A stretch of 47,073 bases of DNA from a virus (Duplodnaviria; Caudoviricetes). The position numbers and the translations under genes were made by a program. Shown one piece after another: positions 25,234 to 34,400 of the stretch. Under the pieces are notes generated by a model. The model had not been told where the DNA came from. It did not search any database and saw only the letters and a list, made by a program, of their open reading frames with translations. The stretch covers positions 1 to 47,073 of the IMG/VR virus record IMGVR_UViG_3300008255_000185. One strand, written 5' to 3'. How positions within the stretch are numbered: position 1 is the stretch's first letter; every line of letters begins with the position of its first letter.

Positions 25234-25527
25234 ATGTCAAGAGTTGTTCGAACGGAAGTCCGAAAGCGCGGGTTCTTCGGGAAGCTGATGAAGTGGTCCT
25301 TCATCCTCTTCAATTTGCTGATGATCTACTTTGTGATCCAAGGCGCAGTCGGCATCAGCGATGGAGCGAAGTCGTTGACGACCGACTACGAAAAAGCCGG
25401 ATATGGCACCGGCGCAGTAATAGGCTTTGGCCTAATGCTTTTCGTGTGGGTGGCAGGCGATGTCATCCTCGGCCTGATGGTCATGTTCACCAGGGGAAAG
25501 ACGACATACATCGAGACTGCCGAATAG
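25234..25527 (+). CDS. Two-TM membrane moron protein (candidate superinfection exclusion)
   Basis: GGAGG RBS, lower GC, 'RKRGFFGK..KW' then two TMs; opposite strand within the tail operon. Confidence 0.8.
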   Translation: MSRVVRTEVRKRGFFGKLMKWSFILFNLLMIYFVIQGAVGISDGAKSLTTDYEKAGYGTGAVIGFGLMLFVWVAGDVILGLMVMFTRGKTTYIETAE

Positions 25528-25531
25528 CGCT

Positions 25532-25735
25532 CTAACGCTTCGGGTTCTCCGCCTTCAGCAGTTTGTTCATCGCCCCGTAATAGGCGAAGAACTTGTCGAC
25601 GTCCCACTCCTCGACGGCATCGATCGGCTGGTGCAGATACCGGCCGACCGCTGCCGCCATCAGTGTGTAACTGCCAGATCCGCCCCCGCCGTCTTGCCCT
25701 TCAGCTCCGCGGCTGCGATCTCCGCGGACTTTCCC
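25532..25735 (-). CDS. Tail assembly chaperone -1 frameshift extension (gpE'/gpGT-like)
   Basis: Slippery G GGA AAG at 25735-25729; -1 frame open to TAG at 25532, encoding ...YLHQPIDAVEEWDVDKF... Confidence 0.75.
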   Translation of the reverse strand, partial: GKVRGDRSRGAEGQDGGGGSGSYTLMAAAVGRYLHQPIDAVEEWDVDKFFAYYGAMNKLLKAENPKR

Positions 25736-25980
25736 ATGAGGGGCGCTACCTCAAGCGCCATCCGTGAGAAATCGTCCAGCCCGAGCTCTTCCACCACTTC
25801 GATCGGCACGTCTGCCATCGAGGCGTAGAGCGCGAAGGTCTTGCGCATCTCGCCCTGGACACCGTCGCCAGCGATCAGATCCCGCGCCTTCATCTTGCGG
25901 AAGGTGAGTTCCGCATAGGTCGTGCCGTCGTGCTCGACCGGATCGTCGAGCTTGAAAGTCAGCGTCTTCTTGTCGGCCAT
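25660..25980 (-). CDS. Tail assembly chaperone (Mu gp41/P2 gpE-like)
   Basis: 'L..PV...G..Y.ELTFRK.K..DL', between tube and tape measure. Confidence 0.85.
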   Translation of the reverse strand: MADKKTLTFKLDDPVEHDGTTYAELTFRKMKARDLIAGDGVQGEMRKTFALYASMADVPIEVVEELGLDDFSRMALEVAPLMGKSAEIAAAELKGKTAGADLAVTH

Positions 25981-25983
25981 CGG

Positions 25984-26511
25984 TTATGCCCCCAGTGCAC
26001 GGCGATGCGTCGCCATCAAATCCTTACCTCCCGTGCGCAAAACCCGCTCCCAGAAGTCGACGTAGAACAGCTCCTTGCCATCCAGCGTCAGTTCGTAGTG
26101 CATCACCTCCGCGAAGGTGTGGGTGCAACCCTGGAACTCGGCAGGATCGCTCTCATCGGGCTCCCAGGATGTGATTGCCCCTTCGATGATGGCGCGGGCC
26201 GGCACAGCAGCCCCGCCACCGCCGGGGCCGCGCTTGATGTAGCTGCCCGCAAAGGTCCAGCGAGCGGTCTCGCCCATGCCGGTGAAGATTTCCGTGTCGA
26301 TGCCCTTCGCCGAGAAGGCCGGTTCCGGCGCCTCGATCCGGGGCATCGCAAAGTTGGCCGCCATCACGCCGCCACCGGGATTGTGCTCGGCGGTCGCGAA
26401 GAGGAGACCCGGCATGGTGAGCGAGGCGATGGTAATGGCGCGAGAGGTGCCGGTCTCTGTCGCCCGACGAACATCCACATTCGTCAGGAGGTAGAGGGAA
26501 GACTGAGCCAT
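25984..26511 (-). CDS. Major tail tube protein (P2 FII family)
   Basis: 'HNPGGG', 'HYELTLDGKE..YVD', follows sheath. Confidence 0.88.
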   Translation of the reverse strand: MAQSSLYLLTNVDVRRATETGTSRAITIASLTMPGLLFATAEHNPGGGVMAANFAMPRIEAPEPAFSAKGIDTEIFTGMGETARWTFAGSYIKRGPGGGGAAVPARAIIEGAITSWEPDESDPAEFQGCTHTFAEVMHYELTLDGKELFYVDFWERVLRTGGKDLMATHRRALGA

Positions 26512-26536
26512 GATGGTGTCCTTTCAGGAGACGGGA

Positions 26537-27787
26537 TCAGGCGACCGCGCTGAGGCGGGCGATGATGTCGGCAACCAGGCCCTCGACAGCGGGGCGGTAG
26601 CGGCGGATTTCGTGATGGGCGACCTTGAAGGCCGGGGCCGGTTCGATCCCGATATTCACCGTCAGATGGCCGAGGCGGATGTTCTCCGGGGAGTTCTTGT
26701 CGGCCCGGAACATCTGCGCGGCGGGCGTATAGCCGAGGATGTCGTCGTCGGCCTTGTGATCGCGCAGCATGAAGGCGATGGAGTTGATCCAGGCCTCCAC
26801 CATGTCCTCGGTGATCTTCTTGCCGAGGAACAGCCGGGTGATCTGCACCAGCTTAACGGTGATGTAGTCGGCACCGCGCACCTGGTGGATCTGCTTCCAC
26901 AGCTCCCCCGTCTCGGTGTTGTCGGTGCCGATGAAGGTGTAGCCGCCATCGGCGATCGCGCCGTCCACATTCACTTCGCCCGGGACGACGATCGACACCT
27001 CGCCGTCGAGCATCTGCTGGCCTTCGGTGGAGCCGTCGAGGATCGAGAACGGGATCTTCCGGGACAGACCGGCGATGCCATAGACCACCCGGTTCGCAAT
27101 CGGATCGAAGGGCTTACCCTCGTTCTCGTTATCGACCCGCATGAACAGGCCGAGCACCCGCGGTCCCATCGGCCGGGTGACCAGCGTCTCGCCCTCATAG
27201 ACACGGGCCGCGACACCGACCGGCATCAGCCGCTGGGAGTTCATCGTTTCACGCGCGTCGATGGCGTTGGCGGACGAGGTGTCATCGACATCGACGACCG
27301 CGATGGCCAGGAGCACGTTCAGCGCCGCATCGAGAGCCGCAACCACCGGATTGGTGGTGTCGAGATCCGCGCGCCAGGCGGTCCGCCCCGCCCAGACCAG
27401 ACGCGGCGTCGCATTGACCAGCGAGGGAACGGATGCAGCATCGGCCAGAGCAGCGACGATGTTCGCAGAGGTCGCCGCCAGCGCGAGGTCGGGATCCGCG
27501 TTGGTGTCCTCTTCGACGCGTGTGACGATGAGATCGGCGCCGACATTGATCGGCCCGAGCTGCGCGTTGATGCCCTTCACAGCATCCGCCAGCGGCCCGG
27601 TGCCAAGCTTCGACGTGTAGGCCGTATCGCTTGAGGAAAACCGCACGGCCGTGCCCAGAGGGAACACCGTGGCATCGGCATCGGCCGAGGTCTCGATCAG
27701 CCAGGCCTTCGAGAAGTCGGCACCGAGGGTGGGTAGCGGCTCGTCGGAGGGACGGCTGAAGGTCATGCCGAAGATGGGCGTCGTCAT
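26537..27787 (-). CDS. Contractile tail sheath protein
   Basis: C-terminal 'NSPENIRLG......EPAP'; GGAG RBS before MTTPIFG. Confidence 0.88.
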   Translation of the reverse strand: MTTPIFGMTFSRPSDEPLPTLGADFSKAWLIETSADADATVFPLGTAVRFSSSDTAYTSKLGTGPLADAVKGINAQLGPINVGADLIVTRVEEDTNADPDLALAATSANIVAALADAASVPSLVNATPRLVWAGRTAWRADLDTTNPVVAALDAALNVLLAIAVVDVDDTSSANAIDARETMNSQRLMPVGVAARVYEGETLVTRPMGPRVLGLFMRVDNENEGKPFDPIANRVVYGIAGLSRKIPFSILDGSTEGQQMLDGEVSIVVPGEVNVDGAIADGGYTFIGTDNTETGELWKQIHQVRGADYITVKLVQITRLFLGKKITEDMVEAWINSIAFMLRDHKADDDILGYTPAAQMFRADKNSPENIRLGHLTVNIGIEPAPAFKVAHHEIRRYRPAVEGLVADIIARLSAVA

Positions 27788-27883
27788 GGTTTGATTCTCC
27801 AATGAGGGAGGTGGCACGGGTCGCGCCGCTCAAAGCCTTGCCGAAGGGCCAATCACGGCACGCAGGCGCATGCAGCGCCCATG

Positions 27884-27907
27884 AAAAAGGCCCGCCGAAG
27901 CGAGCCT
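27884..27907 (-). terminator. Intrinsic terminator
   Basis: AGGCTCGC-TTCG-GCGGGCC-TTTTT. Confidence 0.75.
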
Positions 27908-27985
27908 GATGAGGTGGCGACCGTCCAGGAGACACGGCCGCCATGGCGATCCGCCCGTGTGCACCGGGGAGTTCGGTCGCCAATG

Positions 27986-28012
27986 AAAAAGGCCGCCCTG
28001 GTGGACGGCCTT
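27986..28012 (-). terminator. Intrinsic terminator
   Basis: AAGGCCGTCC-ACCA-GGGCGGCC-TTTTT. Confidence 0.75.
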
Positions 28013-28147
28013 CGCAGAGGTTGCGAGTGCATGCGTGGCAAGTAGCCGATGGGGCCGCGCGTAAAGATCACCAAACGCGAACAGAGCGGCTTCTCACCCC
28101 CCTCGTTCCTGCTACGACTCAAACTCCAAGGTGAAAAGGAGCTTATC

Positions 28148-28447
28148 GTGGTCGATATCGAGGAATTTCAGAGGCAGTTGCAAGAGATGTCGGAGCTCGT
28201 TGCAGATCGGAAGGTATCCGCCGTTCGGTCTGCCTACACTGCAGCACTTGGAACCTTGATAGGTGTCCTGCGCAGCAAGGAAGTGATCGACGACACCGAC
28301 ATCGACAGCATGTGCAATAAGATGGATCGAGCGGCCGTCCACATCCGGGGCAAGAGCGAACTGGTCTCGAAGGAGTTCTCGGCTATGTCTCTGGAACTTC
28401 GGAATGTGTTCGACCAAGTTCGGGGAGAAACCCGAAGGCCTTCATAG
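28148..28447 (+). CDS. Hypothetical helical moron protein
   Basis: AAGGAG RBS before GTG, lower GC, opposite strand. Confidence 0.7.
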   Translation: MVDIEEFQRQLQEMSELVADRKVSAVRSAYTAALGTLIGVLRSKEVIDDTDIDSMCNKMDRAAVHIRGKSELVSKEFSAMSLELRNVFDQVRGETRRPS

Positions 28448-28904
28448 CCTTCTGCGCCGCTGCGGTGATATCCTCACGCGACTTGCAGTCCAGTTCTGCC
28501 GCCCTCTCTGCGCAGCCAGTGACCTCGCCGTCCAGGTGAGCGGCATTCGATGCGCCTGGAGACTTGGTGTCCAGCTGTAATTCCATGCGGAAAATCAGAT
28601 CCGGGGTAAGCGCGCCTGTCTCGTTGAACTCCTGCAAGCTCACGAACTGTCGGCCTTCGATCGGGAGCGGCAGCGGTATCTCAGCCCATGCCGTCGGGTC
28701 CAGAACGATCTCGGGCTCGCCGCTCGTTTCCTTGCCGGGGCAGAAGGTCGCCCATACGCCATCTGCGTTCTCAGGCACCTTCAGTCCTTCGATCTCAGCG
28801 ACCACACGCGGACGCCAACGACCGACGCGCACCATGTAATAGGGATCGAAGAGAAGGGTCGGGCATCCCAGCGGCGCCGTGTCGATCGAGTTCCAGCGGT
28901 TCAT
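28383..28904 (-). CDS. Hypothetical protein (DUF551-like N-terminus)
   Basis: 'W.SIDTAP...PTAWAEIP'; ATGA coupling. Confidence 0.6.
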   Translation of the reverse strand: MNRWNSIDTAPLGCPTLLFDPYYMVRVGRWRPRVVAEIEGLKVPENADGVWATFCPGKETSGEPEIVLDPTAWAEIPLPLPIEGRQFVSLQEFNETGALTPDLIFRMELQLDTKSPGASNAAHLDGEVTGCAERAAELDCKSREDITAAAQKAMKAFGFLPELGRTHSEVPET

Positions 28905-29185
28905 CCCTTGCCCTTTCCTGCGCGCTTGTAGAAGGGCAGCCCGAACAACCGGACGCCGATGAACATGATGGTCGCGATCACTGCCGAGACCCCCGTGAAG
29001 ACCCCGGCGATGATGGGGTGGGCCGCAGCGATGTCCGGCAGGCTATGCCAGACGCAGGACCAGAGCCTGCCGTCGGCGACCAGGCGGTCGACCTGCCCGG
29101 CATAATCGAGATCGTGCGGGCGGCAGCACAGCTCGCCCCACCAGCCTTCGAACCAGCTGGTGCAATGGTCTATTGCATCGGCCAT
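28901..29185 (-). CDS. Small protein with PLA2-like CCxxHDxxY motif
   Basis: 'DHCT...CCRPHDLDY...AD..L..C...MFIGVRLFG'. Confidence 0.7.
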   Translation of the reverse strand: MADAIDHCTSWFEGWWGELCCRPHDLDYAGQVDRLVADGRLWSCVWHSLPDIAAAHPIIAGVFTGVSAVIATIMFIGVRLFGLPFYKRAGKGKG

Positions 29186-29727
29186 GCGTCGAGGACCGCC
29201 TGCGCGCCGTTGGGGATATACCCGAGGGCGTCGAGCGCGCCGAGCGCTTCAGTGGTGACGGCATGATCGCGCAGCACCTGGCTTGCCATCTGGTACTTGA
29301 CCCAGAATGCCTCCAGCTGCGGATCCTTGTAGGCCGTGGTCAGCTGCGCATCCGTCATGCCGCCCGCCAGCTGCACAAGGCCGATGAACTCGAGCTTGCC
29401 GAGGACGCGCGGCTGCGGAACCGGCAGAGGCGGCAGCGCGGCGATCTCGTCCTCCGTCAGGTCGCGCAGCACCGGAACGGCGACGACGCGGCCCGTCTCC
29501 GGGTCGGCGGTCGTCGTGACTTCGCCGGTCTGCGTCTGCAGGCGCGGATCGTACTGGACCGGCGCATAGTCCACCGGCCAGTAGCCGACGCCGTCAAATT
29601 CCTCCGGCACCGGGTCCAGCGCAGCCGGCAGGTCGGCGAGGCTCTCGTCGGAGAGGCCGACGAGAGCGGCGGGGAGACCCACGGGCGCGGACGCCGTCAG
29701 GGTCGAGAGGTCGACGCGAGAGTGCAT
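29170..29727 (-). CDS. Tail-fibre-associated/assembly protein
   Basis: Follows the Gly-rich gene; 'GYWP....P..YDP..Q' motif. Confidence 0.6.
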   Translation of the reverse strand: MHSRVDLSTLTASAPVGLPAALVGLSDESLADLPAALDPVPEEFDGVGYWPVDYAPVQYDPRLQTQTGEVTTTADPETGRVVAVPVLRDLTEDEIAALPPLPVPQPRVLGKLEFIGLVQLAGGMTDAQLTTAYKDPQLEAFWVKYQMASQVLRDHAVTTEALGALDALGYIPNGAQAVLDAWPMQ

Positions 29728-29763
29728 GTCAGGCCACCTTTTTCTTCGTTGTCATTACGCCCA

Positions 29764-30612
29764 TCATGCCGGCTCCATGCTGATGACGATCAAGCCGCCG
29801 GCGGTCCCGTACACAGAACCTTCGCCCGCTGCTAAATTGCGGTCCGTATCGCTTGAGAGTCCGGGGTAGGGAGTGGCGCCCTGATACATATTACCCGCCC
29901 CCAAAGTCATGCGGCTTGAGCCACCGCCGCCGCCGGCACCGCCGAAGCCGTTAGGCTGTCCGCCGCCGCCACCACCACCACCATACCAGCCTTGCCCACC
30001 ATAGCCGCCGCCGCCGCCGCCGTTGCCGGCGGAGTACAGGCCCCCAGCCGTCCCCGAGTTGCTGTTGTAGCCGATGCCGCCGGCGCCACCTGATGACTGT
30101 GACGCCCCTTGACCGGGCTGAGAAGTGAAGCCGTTGCTGTAGGACTGCGTGCCAGCGCTGCCGTTCTGCGCGCCACCAGCACCACCATTGCCGCCCGCGT
30201 AATCTTTGCTACCAGCACCAGAGAAACCGCCGCCACCGCCACCCGCCGCAATAAGCTCCGCATCAGCAATGTTGTTACTCACAGTGGAAAGCCAAGACGC
30301 CTCACCTCCCCTGTAGAGTGTTGCAGGCTTGGCCGCATAGAGCCAAAGGATTGCGCCGCCAGCGACTGTAAAAGTGGACAGGATGGCGGCGCCACCGCCC
30401 CCCACAGCCGCAGTGTTCAGATTGCTAACTTGCCCGCCGGCACCGCCGCCCCCCCATAGCTTTGCCGTGACCGTCGCAGCCTTCGGCACAAGGATGGAAT
30501 GGCTGCCGTTTCGGAACCATTGCTTGTAAGGGAAGAACGGAAGCTCGCCACCACCCCCGCCCTGCGGACGCGGCGCGAGCCCCTGATCGTAGGACGGCGA
30601 AAGACCGTACAT
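29764..30612 (-). CDS. Glycine-rich tail fibre/receptor-binding protein
   Basis: Poly-Gly tracts with 'LWGGGGAGG', 'LIAAGGGGGG', 'GGGGGSS'; lower GC; tail-fibre position. Confidence 0.7.
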   Translation of the reverse strand: MYGLSPSYDQGLAPRPQGGGGGELPFFPYKQWFRNGSHSILVPKAATVTAKLWGGGGAGGQVSNLNTAAVGGGGAAILSTFTVAGGAILWLYAAKPATLYRGGEASWLSTVSNNIADAELIAAGGGGGGFSGAGSKDYAGGNGGAGGAQNGSAGTQSYSNGFTSQPGQGASQSSGGAGGIGYNSNSGTAGGLYSAGNGGGGGGYGGQGWYGGGGGGGGQPNGFGGAGGGGGSSRMTLGAGNMYQGATPYPGLSSDTDRNLAAGEGSVYGTAGGLIVISMEPA

Positions 30613-31019
30613 CAGAAGTTCTCCGTCTCTGCCGTGACCGCGATGCCGGCGGCCAGCGCAACGGCTGCGGCGACGTACAGCCGTTCGTTCGGCTCAAGCG
30701 ACAGCGGCTCGGCGAACGAGATGCCGAAGTCCGTCTGCGACGGCGCGGTCGTGTTCGCCATGGTGTAGGCGGACATGACGACAGCCTTGACGAAGTGCAT
30801 CGTCGTCCCGCCGTCCGTCGAGCGGTAAAGCTGCAACTGCGTGGCCGTGACGGTCGCGCGCGGCACCGCCGTGATCCGGCGGACCAGCCCGCCCTCGGCG
30901 CCAGCCGCGTGCAGGAGGACGGCCGCAGTCGGCGCCGTGTAGTTGTTGTTGGCCGCCGTGAGGATCGCGGTACCGGTATCCTTCGCCTGCGCGAATGGTG
31001 CGGTATAGGTCTTGGCCAT
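30612..31019 (-). CDS. Tail-fibre-associated beta protein
   Basis: TGATG coupling; Thr/Ala-rich beta pattern. Confidence 0.65.
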   Translation of the reverse strand: MAKTYTAPFAQAKDTGTAILTAANNNYTAPTAAVLLHAAGAEGGLVRRITAVPRATVTATQLQLYRSTDGGTTMHFVKAVVMSAYTMANTTAPSQTDFGISFAEPLSLEPNERLYVAAAVALAAGIAVTAETENF

Positions 31020-31020
31020 G

Positions 31021-31473
31021 TCAGCGGGCTCCAGTGTAAGCGATGGCGAGGGCGATCTGGCGGGCTGTCAGGTCAGCAGTCTCGAGCGCATTGAAGCGCG
31101 TGTTCGTCGTCTCCGCGTCGGCCTTCAGCGCGATCGCGTCATTCAACGCAGCGACCGCCGCCTGAAGCTCGACTTTCGTTGCCTTGAGCCCCAGCTGCTC
31201 TGCCATCGTGGTAGCGAAGTCCGGATCGTTGCCGAGCGCCGCCGCCAGTTCATTGAGGGCGTTCAAGGTCTCCGGAGCCGCCCCGACAAGAGCGGCGATC
31301 GCAGTGTCGATATCGGCCTGCGTTGCCGCCCCGTCCGCCAGCACCTTGACCGCCTGCATGACGGTGTCGATGCCGTCGATGGTCGCGGCGAGATTGGGGA
31401 CGTCCACCCCATAGGGATCATTGTCCCTATGGGGCTTGGCCCAATCGAAGTTGACTGTCCGGTTCACCGGCAT
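31021..31473 (-). CDS. Short tail fibre protein (P2 gpH-like shaft motif)
   Basis: 'LVGAAPETLNALNELAAALGNDPDFATTM'. Confidence 0.8.
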   Translation of the reverse strand: MPVNRTVNFDWAKPHRDNDPYGVDVPNLAATIDGIDTVMQAVKVLADGAATQADIDTAIAALVGAAPETLNALNELAAALGNDPDFATTMAEQLGLKATKVELQAAVAALNDAIALKADAETTNTRFNALETADLTARQIALAIAYTGAR

Positions 31474-31476
31474 CGG

Positions 31477-34400
31477 TTAGACCTCCGTTGCACGCACGCG
31501 GAGCTGCCGCACGCGAGGCCGATCCTTCGGCGTGCCCGTCAGGACGATCTCCTGGCGGGTTTCCAGATCGGCGACAGGCGACTCGAGATACTCACGCTCG
31601 ATCCAGTCGTCGCCGAGCGCCTTGGTCGCCGTCGCCGTCTGTGCCGTCCAGTCGCCCTCGTCGCCGATGGACACGGCAACCGAGCTGGAGCCCGGCGCCG
31701 CGACCTCGACGATCGTGCGGACCTTCAGCGCGCCATTGGTCTGGTCGAGATCGACTGCCTCGGACACGTAGCGCGCCGTCTCTTTGAGCCGGCCCCAGAG
31801 GATCTGACACTCCGGCATGACGATCGGCGACAGCGTGGCCGTACCGGTCAGCACCATGCGCAGCGTCACTTCCTCGGTGAGATACTCGTCGAACGGCAGG
31901 TGAGTGTTGGGCTCGAATGCGATGACCTCGCCCGACTCGCGCACCAGTTCAAGCCGCACCCGGGTGGCCGGGCTCGGCTCTTCGATGATGAGCAACACCA
32001 TGATGTCCGAGACGCCCTCGGCGTTGACCACCGAGAGGTCGAACGTGCCGATCTCGACCGTGCGGGTGAGCGACGTGTAGCGCCGCGCCATGATCTCGCA
32101 GGTCAGATCGGTGTCCGGCTGCAGGAGCCAAGACTTTGCATTGCTGCCGTCAAAGAAATCGCCGTTCAAGGGATTGCGGCGAATCCATTCCTGTTTGCGA
32201 GCATCGAAGCCACGGGGGCTGTCCTCCTCGCTCTGGTCGCCGAGCTGCGCCACCGCCACCGAATGATCGGCGTCGTCGGTCAGGATCGCGATTGCCCGGT
32301 AGCTGTTCGCCTGCACCAGGGCGGGGAAGCGGAACGACATTTCCGTCCAGTTGGAAGGCTGGTCGACCGTTGGGCTGGAAACTGTGAAGTCTCCGGGGAT
32401 TACCCCTTCGGCCAGCGTCAGATCGTCCGGCGTGGAGCCGGTCAGTCCGCGAAGCTCGATTGCCACCGCTTTGTTGACGTCACCGCGGGCGGTGAACTCA
32501 ATACGCGCACCAGAGATCTGCCGGGTCTCATCGAGGACAAAAGACTGCGCCACCGGATCGATGGTCGTTGCGACTGTCACCGTTGAGGTGACAGTCACGA
32601 AGGTCGTGATCGTCAGCGTGTGCGTCCCGATGTACGAGGTCGTACCCTGCGATCCGCCCTGCCCCGTAACCACTACCTCCTTCGTGCCGACGCGCGTGTT
32701 GGCGGGGATCAGGAACGACCCCGTCATGACGCCGGAGGAATCGGCGGTCTGGGTGCCATCAACCGTTGCGGTCACGTCGACGCCGTCGAAAGTGATGGTG
32801 TCGAGCAACTCGCCTGGCCCCATCATGCGAATGATGAAGCCCACTCGCAGCTGCCGCATGAACGGCATTTCCTGGGTAGTAGACGACACGCTCGTCGACG
32901 ACGACGAGAAGCTCTCCGTCGACGTAGTGCCGTGCAGACCCTGAGCGATCAGGTCCGGCCGGAAGCCGGTGACCTGAGCGACAAAGGACGACGTCGAGGA
33001 TGACGACGAATTGGTCTGCTGCTCATCCCAGCGGTCAACCGCCGGACGCAATTCGAGTGGCGACGGCAAAGGGGTGAAGTTCAGGTACTTGTTGATCACC
33101 CGGGCCGTCGTCCGAAACGGCTGCGACAGCACCGGCTCTGTGATGAACGGAAGCGAGATCGCGTCCGCGCCGATGTCCACCCCTTCGGGGATGACCTCGA
33201 TCGGCAGCTGCAGGATGCCCTCGACGATCGCTGCGTCTTGCGTAATGCCGAGATCGCGCTGCAGATCATCGCGGAACGGGTCTACAAACGAACCACGCCG
33301 CGACGCCGGGTCACGCTCCTGGATGGTCAGAAGCATGCGCAGCTGTGAGATCAAGTCCACGTTATCGCGCAGCACCCGCAACATTGCTCGCGACTCGGCC
33401 TCGGTGATCTTGCGCTGATCGACGTCGGTGATGATGGGATCGATGCCCCAACGGTTGTCGATCCGGGCAAGCGGCGCGAGCGGCAACGGAACCAACGGCG
33501 GGACCGCCTTGTAGCGCGACGACAGCCCCTCGATGTAGACGACGGCGCCATCGAGATCGATCGCCACCACGTCGATGCGCGGCAACTTCCAGCGATACTG
33601 GATTGACACCGGCTGGCCAACGACCGCGGCCTCAAGCGTGATCGTCTGCCGGCCAACGGCCGTCGGGACGACCGTCGCCACCCAGCGATAGGTCACTGTG
33701 TAAGTAGAGCCAGGCGACGGCTCGATGCCTGCCGGCGACCAGTCGACCTTGTCGGCGGTCAGCTTGTAGTCGGTGTTGGCGGTGTAGGTGGTGCCGCCCT
33801 GGACAACCGAGACGATCGCATAGACCGGCGTGTCCGGCAGCGCATCCGAACCACCGGCGAGCTGGTGCGTGATGGTGCGCGTCACTTCCTTGATGACGGT
33901 CACGACCTGGACGCTGTCGATCGGCCCGTGATTGAGCGTCACGACGCCGCCCTCCGGGTAGATCTGCGTCTCGCCGTTGACCTGCACCAGGTCGGGGTTC
34001 TCGACGCGGCGGAAGCGCTGATCGACCGAGCGGCGAACCTCGCGCCCTTCGGCGCGCAGCGTGCCTGCCGAAATGATCAGCGTCTGCTCATCGGTGGCAT
34101 CGTCGAAGCCGCCGGGCGACACGCGAAAACCGTCGACGATGTGGCTGCCGTGGGTCTGGCGGATATGCCGCTCGACCGCCAGCTCGGCGGACGAGTCCTG
34201 CGGTGCCTGAACCTCGTTCTGCAGAACGCCGTCGATGATCGTGAAGACCGGATAGAAGGGATCGCCATCCTTCGCCCAGACGGCGTCGTAGCGCAGGCGA
34301 CCGGCGAGCGGCTCGCCCTGGCTTTCGGTGTTCGGGACAACGCCCTTCAGCTCGGGATCCTCGACATCGGTGATCGGCGCAGCGGTGACGGCGATACCGA

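Noticed and set aside
29920-30460. (GCC/ACC)n trinucleotide runs
   Set aside because: Simply poly-glycine codons; no template repeat or reverse transcriptase to suggest a diversity-generating retroelement.
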